Numbered from the stretch's first letter, positions 14,329-29,046 are shown. The stretch: DNA of 64,000 nucleotides from Octopus vulgaris (GCA_951406725.2 OX597816.1:116002001-116066000), one strand, 5' to 3'. Notes: generated by a model from the letters alone, not told the origin. Numbers and translations: made by a program.

Positions 14329-15100
14329 TATCCACCAAATTATTGCAATGAGCGCTGGTCTAGCTACAAATCTCAAAAATGACAGCGTTAATATATTCGC
14401 TAATAGAATAAAGCTCGAGGCATATTTAGCAACAGGGGATTGACATTTTTGCCTCGAGTTCACCCGATAAACATGCAGGTCGAATTGAATCAATTTTATC
14501 AAACATCCACTGTTCTCCATTTATATGAGAGTTAGGAATTTAAATTCAGTTTTGTTATTTTTATTCGTTGTTATTTGTTTTTTATCTTAGTTTCTTTTTC
14601 TGTTGAAAAATTTAAGATATCTTCATAATCTAATATGTAGAAAAGAAAGCAATGGTGATAAAGCAAATGTTTTTAAACTATGTTTAACTAGAGTTGGGAT
14701 TCATTAAAATATGGATTGATTAGAATTTTCTGTTGCTTTAATGATTTCCGTTCAGACTTATAAACCAATAAGATAATGATTGGCGAGTTAGAGATTGAAA
14801 AATCTTTATGGGGATTTAGTTACCTATAACTCATACAATCTTCTCTCAAAGCATATTTATCACTTTAAATACGGTAAGGAAACATTGGATAACTTAATCA
14901 TGGATAGAAAAAAGACCGGAAAGTCATAGATGGGACTTCTTTGATGAATGATAGGTTTTCGAAATCGGGGTTGAGCTTCATATAAACTAAACCAGTAACT
15001 AGAATTTCTCACTAAATAGCGTCGTTCAGTTGAAAATAATGAACCTGTGAAGAATAGATACGTGTTAATATGCAATGACCTTCTCAGAAGTACTAATGAA

Positions 15101-15216
15101 GGCGGCGAGCTGGCAGAATCATTAGCACGCCGGGCGAAATACTTACCGGTATTTCGTCTGCCGTTACGTTCCGAGTTCGAATTCCGCCGAGGTCGACTTT
15201 GCCTTTCATCCTTTCG
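15101..15216 (+). mobile_element. SINE family B, 5' half, well preserved
   Basis: GGCGGCGAGCTGGCAGAATCATTAGCACGCCGGGCGAAAT...GAGTTCGAATTCC (B box) followed by GAGGTCGACTTTGCCTTTCATCCTTTCGG. Confidence 0.8.
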
Positions 15217-17020
15217 GATTTCACGGATTCTTTGGCTTTTTATTTAATTCCAGCTATTGTAGAATTAAGTAAGAATCAAATGTTACCTTGGATGCGATGT
15301 ACCACTATCAAGAATTTTCTCCGGAAGCCACGTATCTGTTTTTAACATGTAGATGAACTGAGACATTTTCCTGCCAAAAGAGACAAATAATCAAGTACCC
15401 TGCTAACAGAAACAATCAAATGCCCGCAATGAATTTTGAACTCATATGTTACAGGTTAATTTCCCATTTTTAAAATACCCAACCAGGTAATGCAATAGTA
15501 AAGTGACTGATCTAGAGAGTATTAGGGCAGACAGTGAATCTTGGTAGTAATTTTCAGTATATTATCAAAACAGGAAATAAAGGAATTACAAAAATTGGCC
15601 TATAGCCAAAACAGAAGTAAGGCGTTCTTGTTTACATGTGACACGTTAATCAAAACGTACGTTTCTCTTCTCCCAAGTTTCTTTTTCTCTTTTCTCGCTG
15701 TCGAATGACTACTGTAAGAAATTTCTACCATTCTCATTATTTCTTTCTTACAGTGCAAAACTAATTGCTATATTCTATGTATTCTTGTACTCGCTTTTCG
15801 AATCTTCTGTTCTTGGTACAATTCTTTCACTGTAAGTTACTCATTTGCAAAATGCATGCAATTTGTTTACAAGATGTCACTCTATGCAAAAATCTCTAGT
15901 GCATATTATCGTTAAATGTATCTCTTCAATTGTAAGTATATTAATTATGTTTTTGTACTCAGATTTGTTACGAGACCTATGTGCTATGTTTGAAAATCAC
16001 TTGATCTCTCGATCGGTGTTTTCCAAACGACAATGACAAGTAAGGCTGAATATTGTTAATGATGTAACAACCAGTGTGTGTGTGTGTGTGTGTGTTTCTG
16101 TATGTGTGTATGTGTATGTATGTGTTTGTTCATGTGTATATATGTCAGTGTATGTGTTTGTGCGCGTATGTGTGTGAAAAAGGAGAGGGCAAACGTTACA
16201 AAGACAGGAAAAGCAAGATGAGAAAGCAGGAAAAGAAAGAAAAGATTGAGAGGAAAAAGAAGAGGATTGTGAATAAAGAAAAGAAGTGCGTTATGTTAAG
16301 TCACACAGATATAACATACCAGAGAAAGACTACACTGAAAAACAACCATTCACATGCAATCATCAGTTGAAAAGACAAAATGCAGAAAATTATAAAGAAA
16401 TAACCTATTATATTTTATTTTTTTCACTTCGACAACATAACACTTTATTGGTTAGAACTGTTGTTATTGGGATTGTTCTTCTTTATTAACTCTATATTAG
16501 TACAGATTGAGCAGACCTCTAATCGAAGTGACCTAAGTGCGATCACATCATGTAATTTTCAGGTATATTGATTTTTGATTTATTCAAGAGGTCAACAGTT
16601 TTAAGAAGAAGCAACAGTTGATACCTTTGACGCTTATATTTGACTAGTATTTTATTCTATCCAACCTCGACGAATGAAAGGTAAAGTTAATCTCATCGTG
16701 ATTTGAACTCAAAACATAAAGAATCAGAACATATACTGCGAAGACTATATCACGACACTGCCAGCTCATCGCTCTTAAGTCAAAACATGTATCAAGTTTG
16801 ATAGCTCAATGTGTCTTTTTTTTTTCAGTTCAATGTGTCCTTCTTATTAGCTCAATTCTTTCTTTTCCTGCAGTAGGCTTTAATTTTAGGGAGATTCGGC
16901 TGTAGTTTCTTATAAGTCGATTGAATATAACAAAAAGACCCACTCGTTAGCTCAGTGATTAGGATGATGTTTACATTTGGATACAGATTGTAACACGTAC
17001 ACATACGTCCACGTTCCCAC

Positions 17021-17072
<52 letters not shown>

Positions 17073-17609
17073 TTATGTATGTATATGTATAAATCTGCAC
17101 ACACGGTTATAATGGCCTTCTTAATGGCTATTATCTATTTTCAAGATGGGCTAGTACTTGCAGTAACACCTCAAATCTACGGTTCATTAAAGTAAATAAA
17201 TAAGAGCATATTGGATGTTCTCCTGAACTCACGCTGTGTAAAAATGAGATAGTCATGAATGGAACGCTTTTCGGCTACAGTTTGAAATCAGAACAGACTA
17301 TGAGTAAGAACAGGCAAGAGGGTAGCCTTAAGATGGTGGTTTCACCTGTTATGGAATATCAGCCATTCTCCCTCATTTTATCTCCATCAATAGAGACCAC
17401 TGTCAATTATATATATGCGTGTGTGTGTTTATATACATAGATATATGTCTTTATATGAGTGTGTGTGTGTGTGTGTGAGTATGTATATACATGTATATAT
17501 GTATGCATGTATGTATATGTATATATGTATGCATATATATATATATATGTGTGTGTGTGTATGTATGTACATCTGTGTGTAGAAATTTACAACAATGCAT
17601 AATCTAATT

Positions 17610-17650
<41 letters not shown>

Positions 17651-17697
17651 ATATATATATATATATACATAAATACATATGTATGTAGATACATATC

Positions 17698-17740
<43 letters not shown>

Positions 17741-18444
17741 CACACATACACACCTATACACCTATCAACATTCTTTGCATACATACATACATACGTATAT
17801 TTATATATATATGTGTGTGTGTGTGCGCATGTCTGTGTGTGTGTGCGAATTTACTATGATGTATAGAGAACATAATGTTTAACATGTTAATCATACAGTA
17901 CTAACACCTTAGTTTTTGTTTGCAAACTGAGCTAAGCTGTCACCGTTCTGATTGGACTGAACAATGAACCAGCATCACATTAGTTTGACTAGAGAAATGT
18001 TTCTTTGATCTGCTGTGTATTTACATTATCTATCTATGTCATTGCAAATATCTCTTCTGAATTTTTCATTTCAAGACAATAAGAGAGCGTGAGGCTGTAT
18101 TTCTTAGGTAGATGTTTACAAACTGTCTAAAGTGACTGCCTAAACAAGAAAGGATTAAACTGAGAATAAACAAAGTGTTTGTGGATACAATGGAAGTGTG
18201 TTCATGAGTTGTAATATAAACCTGCTGTTGCTTTACTTTTAAACATTAAAAAAAATATTTTGGGGGGATTTTTACAAATTCCTGTACTATTTGTAAATAT
18301 GTTAGATCGTAATTCAAACAGAAGATCTTTATTATATTAAATCATAATCAAGTTGATTATATTACAATATATTACATTGATCTTTACTACTCGGTCTACC
18401 ACTGTTGTTATTGTGGTTCTTGTTGTTGCTTTTGTTGTTGTTGT

Positions 18445-18479
18445 TATGATGATGGTGGTGGTGGTGGTGGTGGTGATGA

Positions 18480-18511
<32 letters not shown>

Positions 18512-18518
18512 ATGATGG

Positions 18519-18562
<44 letters not shown>

Positions 18563-18569
18563 TTGGTGG

Positions 18570-18615
<46 letters not shown>

Positions 18616-18625
18616 TGTGGTGAAT
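18445..18625. repeat. Compound (GAT)n/(GGT)n microsatellite
   Basis: Visible directly. It produces the poly-His and poly-Met/Val ORFs. Confidence 0.95.
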
Positions 18626-21600
18626 GATGCTACAGATGTCATGGTGATCGTCAACGTTTAGTTCCCGGTCTATTCTGTTCAAGCAGAAATGTATGTTTAT
18701 GTGTGTATGTGTGTGTTTGCGTGCATGCTTGTGTCAGTATGTGTGCGGGAGTATATGCATGTTTGCATATGTGTGTATGCCTAATTTGAATTTGTGCTTG
18801 TTCTCCTTTAGCTTGAAAGTCTGTTTTGATTTAATGCTCCCGTAACCTGGCGGTCCAGCAAAAGTGGCCAGTAGAATAAGCACCAGACAAGTACTGCGGC
18901 CGGTTTGCTCGACTACCCAATGCAAGGTGGAGCGCCAGCGTGGCCGCAGTCTGTTAACTGAAACTAGCATAAAAGAATAAAATATTGTCTTCTTACTTTC
19001 AGGTATGATATATGTAGACTAAATTAACCAATGTATTCTTCCTTACTTAAGATGCTTTGGTGGGATATTTTAGGGAATTTGGCTGTCAGTTCCAACTTAC
19101 CGAAAGATTATGTCGATGTTCCTTCTTGTTTTTTCTTTGGTTCGTTTTTCTTGCATTAAGATAAGAGAGCATTTATATAATTACCTATGTTTTCATTCTC
19201 AAAACACTAGCTTAAACTTTCCTTAGATTGTAATTTGAGATTTATGATGAGGATTATAGGGCATTGAGGTTATATAAAATGTTTTCTGTTCTTCCTAGGA
19301 CTTGTATTTTCTAATATTCCAGGAGTTGATCCATGAAAGTATAATAACAGTCAGCAGTTTAGCCAGTTTGCGTGGAATAGATAAACAGAGTTAATGATTA
19401 AATTGTCGCATGACGATGATTAGTGGGAAATCTGAAGTGGCATAATGGTTCGACATTTCATATAGTTCTGGAGAAGAAAGTGTTTGTCAAAGTGTTTTCT
19501 TAGGAAAATTTCATTTGAAAATGAGATTGTAATATCTTTAATACAGGAGAATAAATAAAACGAAATTTGACATGTTTCAATAAGCAGTATTATCAGAACA
19601 CTTTGTTTACAACAGGTAATTACATAAGGTGATATATTACACATATTAGGCACAATGATTCATTACTATTAATTTTATCGTATACTGCTTTACTTTTATC
19701 ATAGCTTCATATAAAAGAATGACAGGGAGAAAGCAAAGTACAGAGAGAATGGGAAAGAGAGAGAGAGAGAGAATTGGAGTGAAGAGTGTGAGAGAATAAG
19801 AATGAAAGTAAAGAACTGCTTAAATAAATACAGTATATACAAAGTTATTAAATCCAAGCATAAAACTAATTATTGCCAATATTAAAGAAAAAAATAGACA
19901 GAAGAGTAACCTGAAAAATTGGCAACAGAATATTCCAGAACATTCCAAGAACATTATCATTGCCAACAAACCAAAACAGTAGCAACAACTTTAAACAAAA
20001 ATAAATATTATATGGATTGCAAGGGCTACGTTAGAATTAAATGAAGGAAGATAAATTAATGTAAATAATAAATGTTAATGATAGAATGTGTAACCTTAGA
20101 TTGCTAGAACACAATGAATGAGGTTATGGAGTTTTATTAGTGTCATTTGGTTGTGCTGATAATAATTTGATTTCTAGTTTTTCTTTCTTTTGTTCCCAGT
20201 TTGTTTTGTTGTTTACTTTTTTCAATTAATATAATAATAGATGGAGTATGATAGAAAAATATATGAAAAACCATATCTTATATTACTTATTGTGAAACAA
20301 TGAAATTCTTTGGAGAATGAACGCTGGTGTTATTAATATTTCATCGAGAGTTTCATTAATATTGAATAATTGGATCAAAAATTTAAAAGATTTGCTTTGT
20401 ATAAGATTCCAGCTGAAGGATATTGGTGTTTGATAAGCATGATAGTTATTAAGATCCTTCATTCAAAATATTCTATTGTTGAAGCTACAGTATCATGTAT
20501 TCTAGCCAGAAGAATAAAACCTGCTATTTTGAATTAAAGCAAAATAATATACTCCATTGACATTTGCAGGTCGTGTGCCTCAAGTCTTCATCTATGAAAA
20601 TGATATGCAGCCATTCATTTAAGATTAACATTATTGATGCTATTATCATTATCATTATCAAAGGCAGTAGCTTTAACCTTCTCACTATCATGATATTACC
20701 ATCGTCATCATTATAGTCCATACCCAATGTATTAGAGTGGCATATATTAAACGAATCCACACAACATTTGAAGAGGAAAAACGTTTCCCTCTCAGACAAG
20801 CGCTAACTCCAGAGATTTCAGAATATCCTTTTCCTTACAGCATATTAATTTCTCGTGTCTCGCAGACTTCACTTCATAATTTCGACCAATGCATCAGAAT
20901 GAACAGTTTTCATAGCCTCTGTTTTTACCTATAATAAGGCATATCTTCTTTAACTTGGTCCTTGTCTTCTACCATTGAATATACACAAACATGCGTTTTT
21001 CTCAACTACTCGGGGAACACTGGGGGGTGTCGTTATTGTTGTTCTTTTGTTTTCCTCTTGTTTTTTGCTAGAGGAGAGCTGTTACTCCAGGGAATACATT
21101 CCACTACGAAATGATGACACATTTTAATCTTCAGTCTCAATAAGATAACAATATTCATCTATATAATCTAGAGAAAAATAACAAGCAAATGGAACTATTG
21201 AATAGTAAAAAACAGATTTCAATATTAATATAATTACCAGAAAGAAAATAGAGGACGAGCTCCAACAACCCCAATATAGGAAGTGCCCCAACAAACATAA
21301 AGTAACAGACTTGAAGGGAAAAATAAACCGATAGAAACCAGAGAGATGCTGAAGCATTTCTAAGAAAATATAATTGACACAGAGTTTCGGTCAAGAGTGA
21401 TCAGGTCTGAAATACGAAGCGAGACGTTACAATCAGAGTAAAAGATTGTCAGACTCGAAAAGGGATGCCCTGGTCATACCTAGGTGGTGGTTTCTCACTC
21501 TTGAGAGGATGGTTTTAGTTGTGTGCTTTACTAAAGGCTTAATATGTTTCACTATATTGTATTACATATGTGCCATAGCCCGGTTCTTATTGCACAAGTT

Positions 21601-21987
21601 CAAATCCACAAATTTTAAAACCATTTGTATAACACATTTTGACCCTTGTGGCCAATGAAAATTACTGTTCTTGCACTTATATTATTATTATTATTATTAT
21701 TACGATGACAAGGAGAAACAACACCTCCGGGTGTAATGTCTTCCGTCGTGTGATACATACATAAGTGTGTGTGAGTATGTGAGTGTATGTGTGTGTGCGT
21801 ACATGCATACTATATACATATGTGTGTGTATGGGTGTGGGTGTGTGTGTGTGTGCGTGTGTGTGTGTGTATGAGAGGTACTGGTATCTACAGACTCAAGA
21901 GTGTCAGGTAACGCTAAGTAAGTGCTATGGACAGACCGTAGCTAAACTCTTCTATAATGATACGCGTGAGGAGTCTAATGTGGGTCT

Positions 21988-22310
21988 GTATGCTAGACAG
22001 AATTAGATACGAAAGCCAAGGCTGTAAGGAGAGAATGAAAGTAGAAATAAGATATATAAAGGTATTGCAACTACAATATCTTTATATATCCTTTTTCTAC
22101 TTTCATTTTCTTATTTCCCTCTATATTCCCTGTCTCCTTCTTTTCCATAATAATTCGGATTCAAATATTTCCTCTATTTAACCTTTTCATGCCGTCTCTG
22201 ATGAAGGGATATCTATAATATCTCAGAACCAGCTGTAGGACTATTTCTTTATAAATGTCCTGAAAACTCGTTACAGCCTCGGGTTTGTTATTTCATTCTG
22301 TCTAACGTAT
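21988..22310 (+). mobile_element. Fold-back HHR element (same family as 8886-9040)
   Basis: HHR at 22194-22241: GTCT-CTGATGA-A-GGGATAT...ATATCTC-A-GAAC-CAGCTG-TA-GGAC (GAAA mutated to GAAC). The tail 22268-22310 has an inverted copy at about 21990-22032. A ~34-bp-arm hairpin lies at 22034-22107. Confidence 0.75.
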
Positions 22311-22322
22311 ATATATATATAT

Positions 22323-22736
22323 CGTTATATTTTGGGGTAGTCATTTCTTTTTTGCCGAATAAACACACGCATTTTGTATTCGTTCTTTACTTCAGATTTA
22401 TTATTGTTCATATTTTGTCTTTAGTCTGGAAATCTTTCGTCACACATACTGTGACTCTTCACCGACTCTCCATCCCACGTGTCTCCTCCTCTTCTGTTTA
22501 GTACATTCTATTTAGTCCATTCTGCTTATTTTATTCTGTTTAGTCTATTGAATGGACTAAACAGAACAGGGGGAGTCACGTGGAATGGAGAGTGGCTGAA
22601 GAATTCACAGGATATGCGACGAAAGATTTCTAGATTAAGGTCATAAAATAAGAACAATAATAAATCTGAAGTAACGAACGAATACATAGCGCGTATGTTT
22701 ATTCTGCAAAACTTAATGACCGTCCCAAAATACAAC
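22323..22736. mobile_element. Fold-back element with one HHR on each arm
   Basis: Left arm (-) 22423-22467 reads GTGAAGA-GTCACA(GTATG)TGTGAC-GAAA-GATT-TC. Right arm (+) 22591-22636 reads CTGAAGA-ATTCACA..TGCGAC-GAAA-GATT-TC. The arms are reverse-complementary over about 180 bp, and the tail is similar to that at 47864-48190. Confidence 0.75.
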
Positions 22737-23599
22737 TGTTTCAAGACATGATTTCACATCAGGAATCTTGCAAAATATGTACATATGCATACATTGTGCA
22801 TATTTGGTTTATATTTCTAGGAGTCCGAGTGGCAATATAAATGATTCTTTGTTGAACACTGAGAAGTCACAACATACAGTCACATCGCGTTACTAGCCTG
22901 AAAAAATATTTACCTAGTGGCAGAACAGACCAGACATCTGCCAAAATACAACTCTCTCATTCTTTCTTTCTTTCTTTCTGTCTTTCTTTCCGTCTTTCAC
23001 TCTGTTCCTCTCTTCCTCCCTTGCTTCTGTACCTCTCTCATCCCATTCTATTTCACTATTTCAGAGAAGTGGCTTGTGTATGAAGAACTACAAGGTATGA
23101 GTTATTAGTGATGATGTTATTGATTTTGAAAGGAAGGATGAGCACTGTTTCCCCCTTTAACATTTCATTGCACTGCAGCCATGCTGGAACACCACTTAGA
23201 AGCATTTTTAGTCAAAGAAATCTTCCAGTATTTACTGTAAGTGTTCTGCTTATTGTATCTAATTCTTTTTGAAGAGCCGCTAAGTTACATATGCACATGT
23301 ACTTACACAAGCCCAATCATAATAAGGGTTATTATTATCATTGAATTAAGATTAAAATTAATCTTAAACTCGGAAAATTTTTCATCAAATATTAATTGAA
23401 ATAACACATTTGCTATAATTAACATATTAAAAGATATATTACATCAAATCCCTAAAATATATCCTATTTATTCAAGAAACTTAATTTTAATTAATTAGAT
23501 AAATTACACTAGCATAATATTTTAATTTAACCTATTTGACCTAAAGCAACCTTTTCTCATTTATAATTATTGAATAGAGAAAATATCAAAAAATACAAA

Positions 23600-24000
23600 T
23601 ATATAAATATAGCTTATTGCATACAAAAAAGTTAAGAAGGAAAAGGATTATTCACATTAAAACAAGCAATCTTAATAAAATGGATAGAAAAGTTATTAAA
23701 TAACTGACTCTACATAGTTGAGATAACTGCATTTGGTTAGGAAGGAAAGAATACTACAGGAAGTTTGAAGAATAGCCATCAAAGAATCGGCACAGTGTGG
23801 GAATTGTTTTGAAGAATGTTTAATAAAATTATTAAAGATACAAGAAACTGAATGTAACAAATCAAACTTCATTGTCATAATAATCTCTTTGAATATAAAA
23901 TTTCTGAAATATTTGTTAATTTAATCTAAGTAGATTTATTCACTTTGAGGTGACAATGAAAGCGGGGAATACATTTTATTCATATTGTCTCATACATCTC
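23600..24000 (+). pseudogene. Highly decayed L1/Tx1-like ORF2 C-terminal remnant
   Basis: EGKGLFTLKQAILIKWIEKLLN (23636-23701) resembles the post-RT 'GGLG...A.L.KWI.KLL' motif, and GDNESGEYILF resembles the 'ETxEHILF' zinc knuckle. A possible APE-endonuclease trace lies upstream at about 20000-20500. Confidence 0.35.
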
Positions 24001-24937
24001 TTGTAGCTTTAATCCATGTAATCTAAGATCGGTATTTCGGAATTGCTTCAGGTCTTCTTGTAGTCTTTTAGATATAAGTTGCATGCTATATGACATTTGT
24101 TTGGAGCCTTTTACAATTTAAAGAATTACAAATGTCTAAAAACCTCACTGAAAATCTCTGCTTTTTCGATTTTATACTACTGATATTGTTGTTTGACTTG
24201 AAGTCAGCACTGATTGAGCAGACGTAGTATCAAAAATGATTACAGATGTCTTCCCTATTTTTTCTTTATTTTATTTTATGTGATGTTGATTTAGAGATCC
24301 TCTAAAGAAGCGTGTGGCCACGCCTAGAGAACTCATCCGCACTTAATTACCCACTACTCACTTGTGTAAAATCCAAAAATATGAACTTCCAGTAACATGA
24401 ACTGCAATAATGCAACCCAGAAGAGTATATGAAGCTACGAGAATGTGCAGTGGAGTTAAATATTAAAGAAGGATAAAGACAATAGAGAGAAAAAGAAAAG
24501 TCACTTGCTGGCTATTAGGCTATTGGGATATTTTGCTGCCAATGTGTTGGAAATCATTCAAGTGTGCAAAAGCATGATGGCCTGAGTAGAACATTAAGCA
24601 AAGGATTTAGACACAGAAAATAGCTTCAGACATTCTAGTTGCTGGTTGGGGTAGGATTATGAATAGTGGGTAGAGAAGTAATTAACTAACTAACAATCTT
24701 AAAATTGCTTAAATAATTATCAAATAAATTCTTAAACGCATATATAAGGTTAGATAAAAGATAATGCTAAGGCAAAGTCTAAGCATTAGATAACCTTACT
24801 AAAGCAGATAAGTAAAAAGGTAGTTGTATAAGTAGGTAAATATTTAATATAAGAAGGAAATATTGATCCTGAAGTTATACCTTCAGTCTCCCATGTAAGC
24901 TACTATATTTCCTTAATTAGTACCCTTGAACTAAATC

Positions 24938-24994
<57 letters not shown>

Positions 24995-25010
24995 CATCAT
25001 CACCACCACC

Positions 25011-25043
<33 letters not shown>

Positions 25044-25712
25044 GTCATCATCATCATATCATTAATACCTTTATTATTACTATTATTGTTTCTAATAGTG
25101 TTATTACGATTACTATCCAGGTATATGCTAAATTTACGCCTATTGAATGTAGCAATAATCGACTGTATGTTGGATGTAGACATAAAGTATCGAATAATAG
25201 TTATGCTGACGTGGGAAATTAGATTTTAGAATATTAAAGAACAATTTTTGTAATCCTTTACCATTCAAAAGGACAGGAGATATAAACCAGAGAATTTGAT
25301 ACTCTTATCTGGTCCATCTGAACGATCAAAATAAGTGTACGTATACAGAAAACGACATATGCTTTTCCTCTCAGTTACTGAAACGGAGTAGGATCTAAGA
25401 GAACAAAAACTACAATCCTTCATATTATCGATAGTGAAGATCCTAGTAATATGGTTCTGAATATTATAGGTAGCTTCAGTTGGTTTATTGTGTGGAGCAG
25501 ATTGTGCGAATAAAATTTTGAGTGAAGCGCAATCGGTACATAGCCAATTGCAAATATTGTTTGCCTGGATTCTGTTACTCTTCGTACCCTTCGTTCGACG
25601 TTTGATGTTGGTGTCTAGTTAGGTTTGTGCACTAATTTTCAATATATATGTGTGCATGTAAATATTTAGAGAAATGAATTGACTGGTAGATAGACAGACG
25701 GACATAGATAGT

Positions 25713-26058
<346 letters not shown>

Positions 26059-26742
26059 CTTCCATCCATCCATCCATACATACATTATACAGGCAGACAG
26101 ACAGACAGTAATGCTTGTGAAAGTGTATATGTATATTTTTTCACTTGTTTTCAAATATTTGTATAATTTTTCATTACCTTATAAATTCTTCTGCAGTAAT
26201 CAATAAATATTATGAGTAGATCCCTAAGCCATGTATAGCAAAAAGTCAGGACAAAATAATCCTGCGAAAGCAGAAAAAAATTCTGAAAATTACTGGTAAT
26301 GATGACGGGGAGAGGAGGGGAAATTATTTTCTAACCTTAAAGCGTTAGCGAACTTTAATTTTTATATGGACTCGTTAGATCAGTACGTTAAAAGGGTCAT
26401 TTAAAAATTGGAATTGTTGCTGTTTATTACCTTAATGCACCTGATCAATCCACCTCGTATGAATGCATACAGAATTAAGGACAGATGTAGAGAGAACGGT
26501 GTTGCATATAGTTGATGATGTACGTCGAGAAGGCTAAAGACGGATTAAGAGAAAAGAATATACCTATATGCATAGAGAAATATAAGTGTATATATATTCA
26601 TATCCATGTACACACACGCACACATATACACACGCGCACACATATATATATACATGTATATGGATATATATATATATATATATATTCTTTCTTTTCTTTT
26701 TTCTTTTACTTGTTTCAGTCATTTGACTGCGGCCATGCTGGA

Positions 26743-26791
<49 letters not shown>

Positions 26792-26831
26792 TATACATGT
26801 ATCTATATTCATAGGGAGAGAATGCGGTAAT

Positions 26832-27436
26832 GCAAACATCTCAAGTCGTATACAATATTATTATAGGAAGAAATTCAAAATCTTAGGACTGTTTCTGGGA
26901 TATTCCGTCATCGGAGACAAATAGGGGCAAAAATAAGGAAAATGAGAATGGTATATATTAATAAGATGACGACATAGAGGAAGGAGTAAAAGAATAAGAT
27001 AGAAAGAAGAAAAAAGAAACATGAAAGTTCAGTTTCCGACGTTATAGAAACCAGAGCATGAGTCCTCAGGTGCAATCCTGCGTAGATCCAGGATTTTAAC
27101 CTGCATGGATATACGTAGGAATGCACCTAAGGACTCATGCTCATGGATTTACACAGGATTGTACCTAAGGTCTCATGCTCTGGTTTCTATAACTTCAGAA
27201 GGTTGAACTCTAAACATTTATGCTTCTTTTTCCATCTGTCTTTCCATCTCCTTATTTTTTTACTCCGTTCTTCTATGTCTCCATCTTATTAATATGTGCC
27301 ATTGTCATTTTCTCTAATTTTTCCCCTATTTGTCTCTGATTACGGAATATCCTATACTCGGGAATATACCAAGAAACAGCTGTAAGATTTTGAATTTCTT
27401 CCTATGAAAATATTGTATACGACTTGAGATGTTCGC
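26832..27436. mobile_element. Long fold-back element with an HHR on each arm
   Basis: Arms 26832-27090 and 27144-27436 are reverse-complementary. HHR (-) 26880-26918 reads GTCT-CCGATGA-CGGAATATCCCA-GAAA-CAGTCC-TA-AGAT. HHR (+) 27332-27388 reads GTCT-CTGATTA-CGGAATAT...ATATACC-AA-GAAA-CAGCTG-TA-AGAT. Confidence 0.8.
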
Positions 27437-27616
27437 CTTGCCTTAATGCTTGCTGTCCTGTTTAACAATTATATATATCCGCTGCATCTGAAATCTGCAA
27501 TGGCTCCATAACTAACGTCTCGGCTACAACCTTGGAGCCCTAGTAAACCGTTACAGCACTTACCTGGCGTACCTAATCGTTTAGATCACCCGTGAACTAA
27601 ACCCCCATACTTTGCT

Positions 27617-27669
<53 letters not shown>

Positions 27670-27708
27670 ATATATATATATATATATATATGCATGTATG
27701 TACGTATG

Positions 27709-27767
<59 letters not shown>

Positions 27768-27775
27768 AATGTATA

Positions 27776-27811
<36 letters not shown>

Positions 27812-28301
27812 CATGCACACAAATTCATGCGCACTCATTATTTATTATGAGATGCGAAAACGTGTAGAAAGGAAGCATCTGCTGAAATATGAGTCAACAG
27901 TAGTTTTATTAGTGAACAAAAGGCAAAGGTGTTTCTGAAAACAGTATTTCTATAGAGTTTATCTAAAGTGATAAATGGAGAATACCTCGAGGTTTATGTA
28001 ATAAATAATTCATTATGGATTTTTCCTCAATGAATTAAAATGTAAATCTATTCTCTTATAAAACATAGGAAATTTTAATTTTAAATTGCTTGCCAGTGAA
28101 TGTCAAAATGATACATACATGTCTTTTTATAAATTACAATGAATATATTCCAATTTACATATAATACGCATGGTTTTGTATATATTTTGTTTAAAAAGTT
28201 GTCCGCTAGTATGTGTATGACCGGACGCATACAAACTTATACATACTCACAGACAAAATCACACAAACACATTTACACACACACACATATGTATATATAT
28301 G

Positions 28302-28358
<57 letters not shown>

Positions 28359-28361
28359 TAA

Positions 28362-28397
<36 letters not shown>

Positions 28398-28807
28398 GTA
28401 CATAGATATGTATGTAATTAAGTATACTTCTATGGATGCATATACTCAGACATAAATATATACCCAGATAAGTACGTAACTAAGTTTATGTAGTAGTAAG
28501 CATGTGTGTGTGTACACATGTATAGATTAAATGCACCCTTATATATATATATAAATATATATATATACATGCATATTCATATATAGGTATATAGTTATTT
28601 CTGTTAATACACTACCTGTAAACAAATTCATTTTCATAAACTTACGTAAACAGTCAAGCACGCAAAGTAACAGCGGTCATTAAGGAAGGTGTTATGAAGT
28701 TACCACGATTTCTAGAAATAGCTGTGAAATCTCCAACAAATTGCATACAAGTCTCTGTCCAAGCAGGAAGAGTTTACTGCGGTCTTGCGTACTATACACC
28801 CACAGAG

Positions 28808-29046
28808 CCTGATAGACCTACATGAGGTGGATTCAAGGGTTTTCAAAATCAAACTGGATTTCTCCTTTGGCAAGACTTCCGGATGAAGCTACTTCACAGC
28901 AAGAAACGCAGATGAGGGTAGCAAAATCAAACTCCCTCATTCACCAAATGTTAAACAACAGAGGAGATTTAGTGAAAATGTAGCAAAGCAAGCGGCAGTC
29001 CCAGCATGGCCACAACTCTCGAGGTGAAACTAGAAAAGGTAAAAAG
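28808..29046 (+). mobile_element. 3' end of a CR1-group LINE (ORF2 C-terminus plus tail)
   Basis: Translates across a frameshift to DLHEVDSRVFKIKLD / LPDEATSQQETQMRVAKSNSLIHQM. This matches the 'FK..LD...PDEP...R.A.SNSL..Q' end of invertebrate CR1-group ORF2 and is followed by GCGGCAGTCCCAGCATGGCCACA...TGAAACTAGAAAAGG. Confidence 0.6.

Noticed and set aside
18362-18682. Poly-histidine protein
   Set aside because: It is the reverse translation of a (GAT/GGT)n microsatellite.
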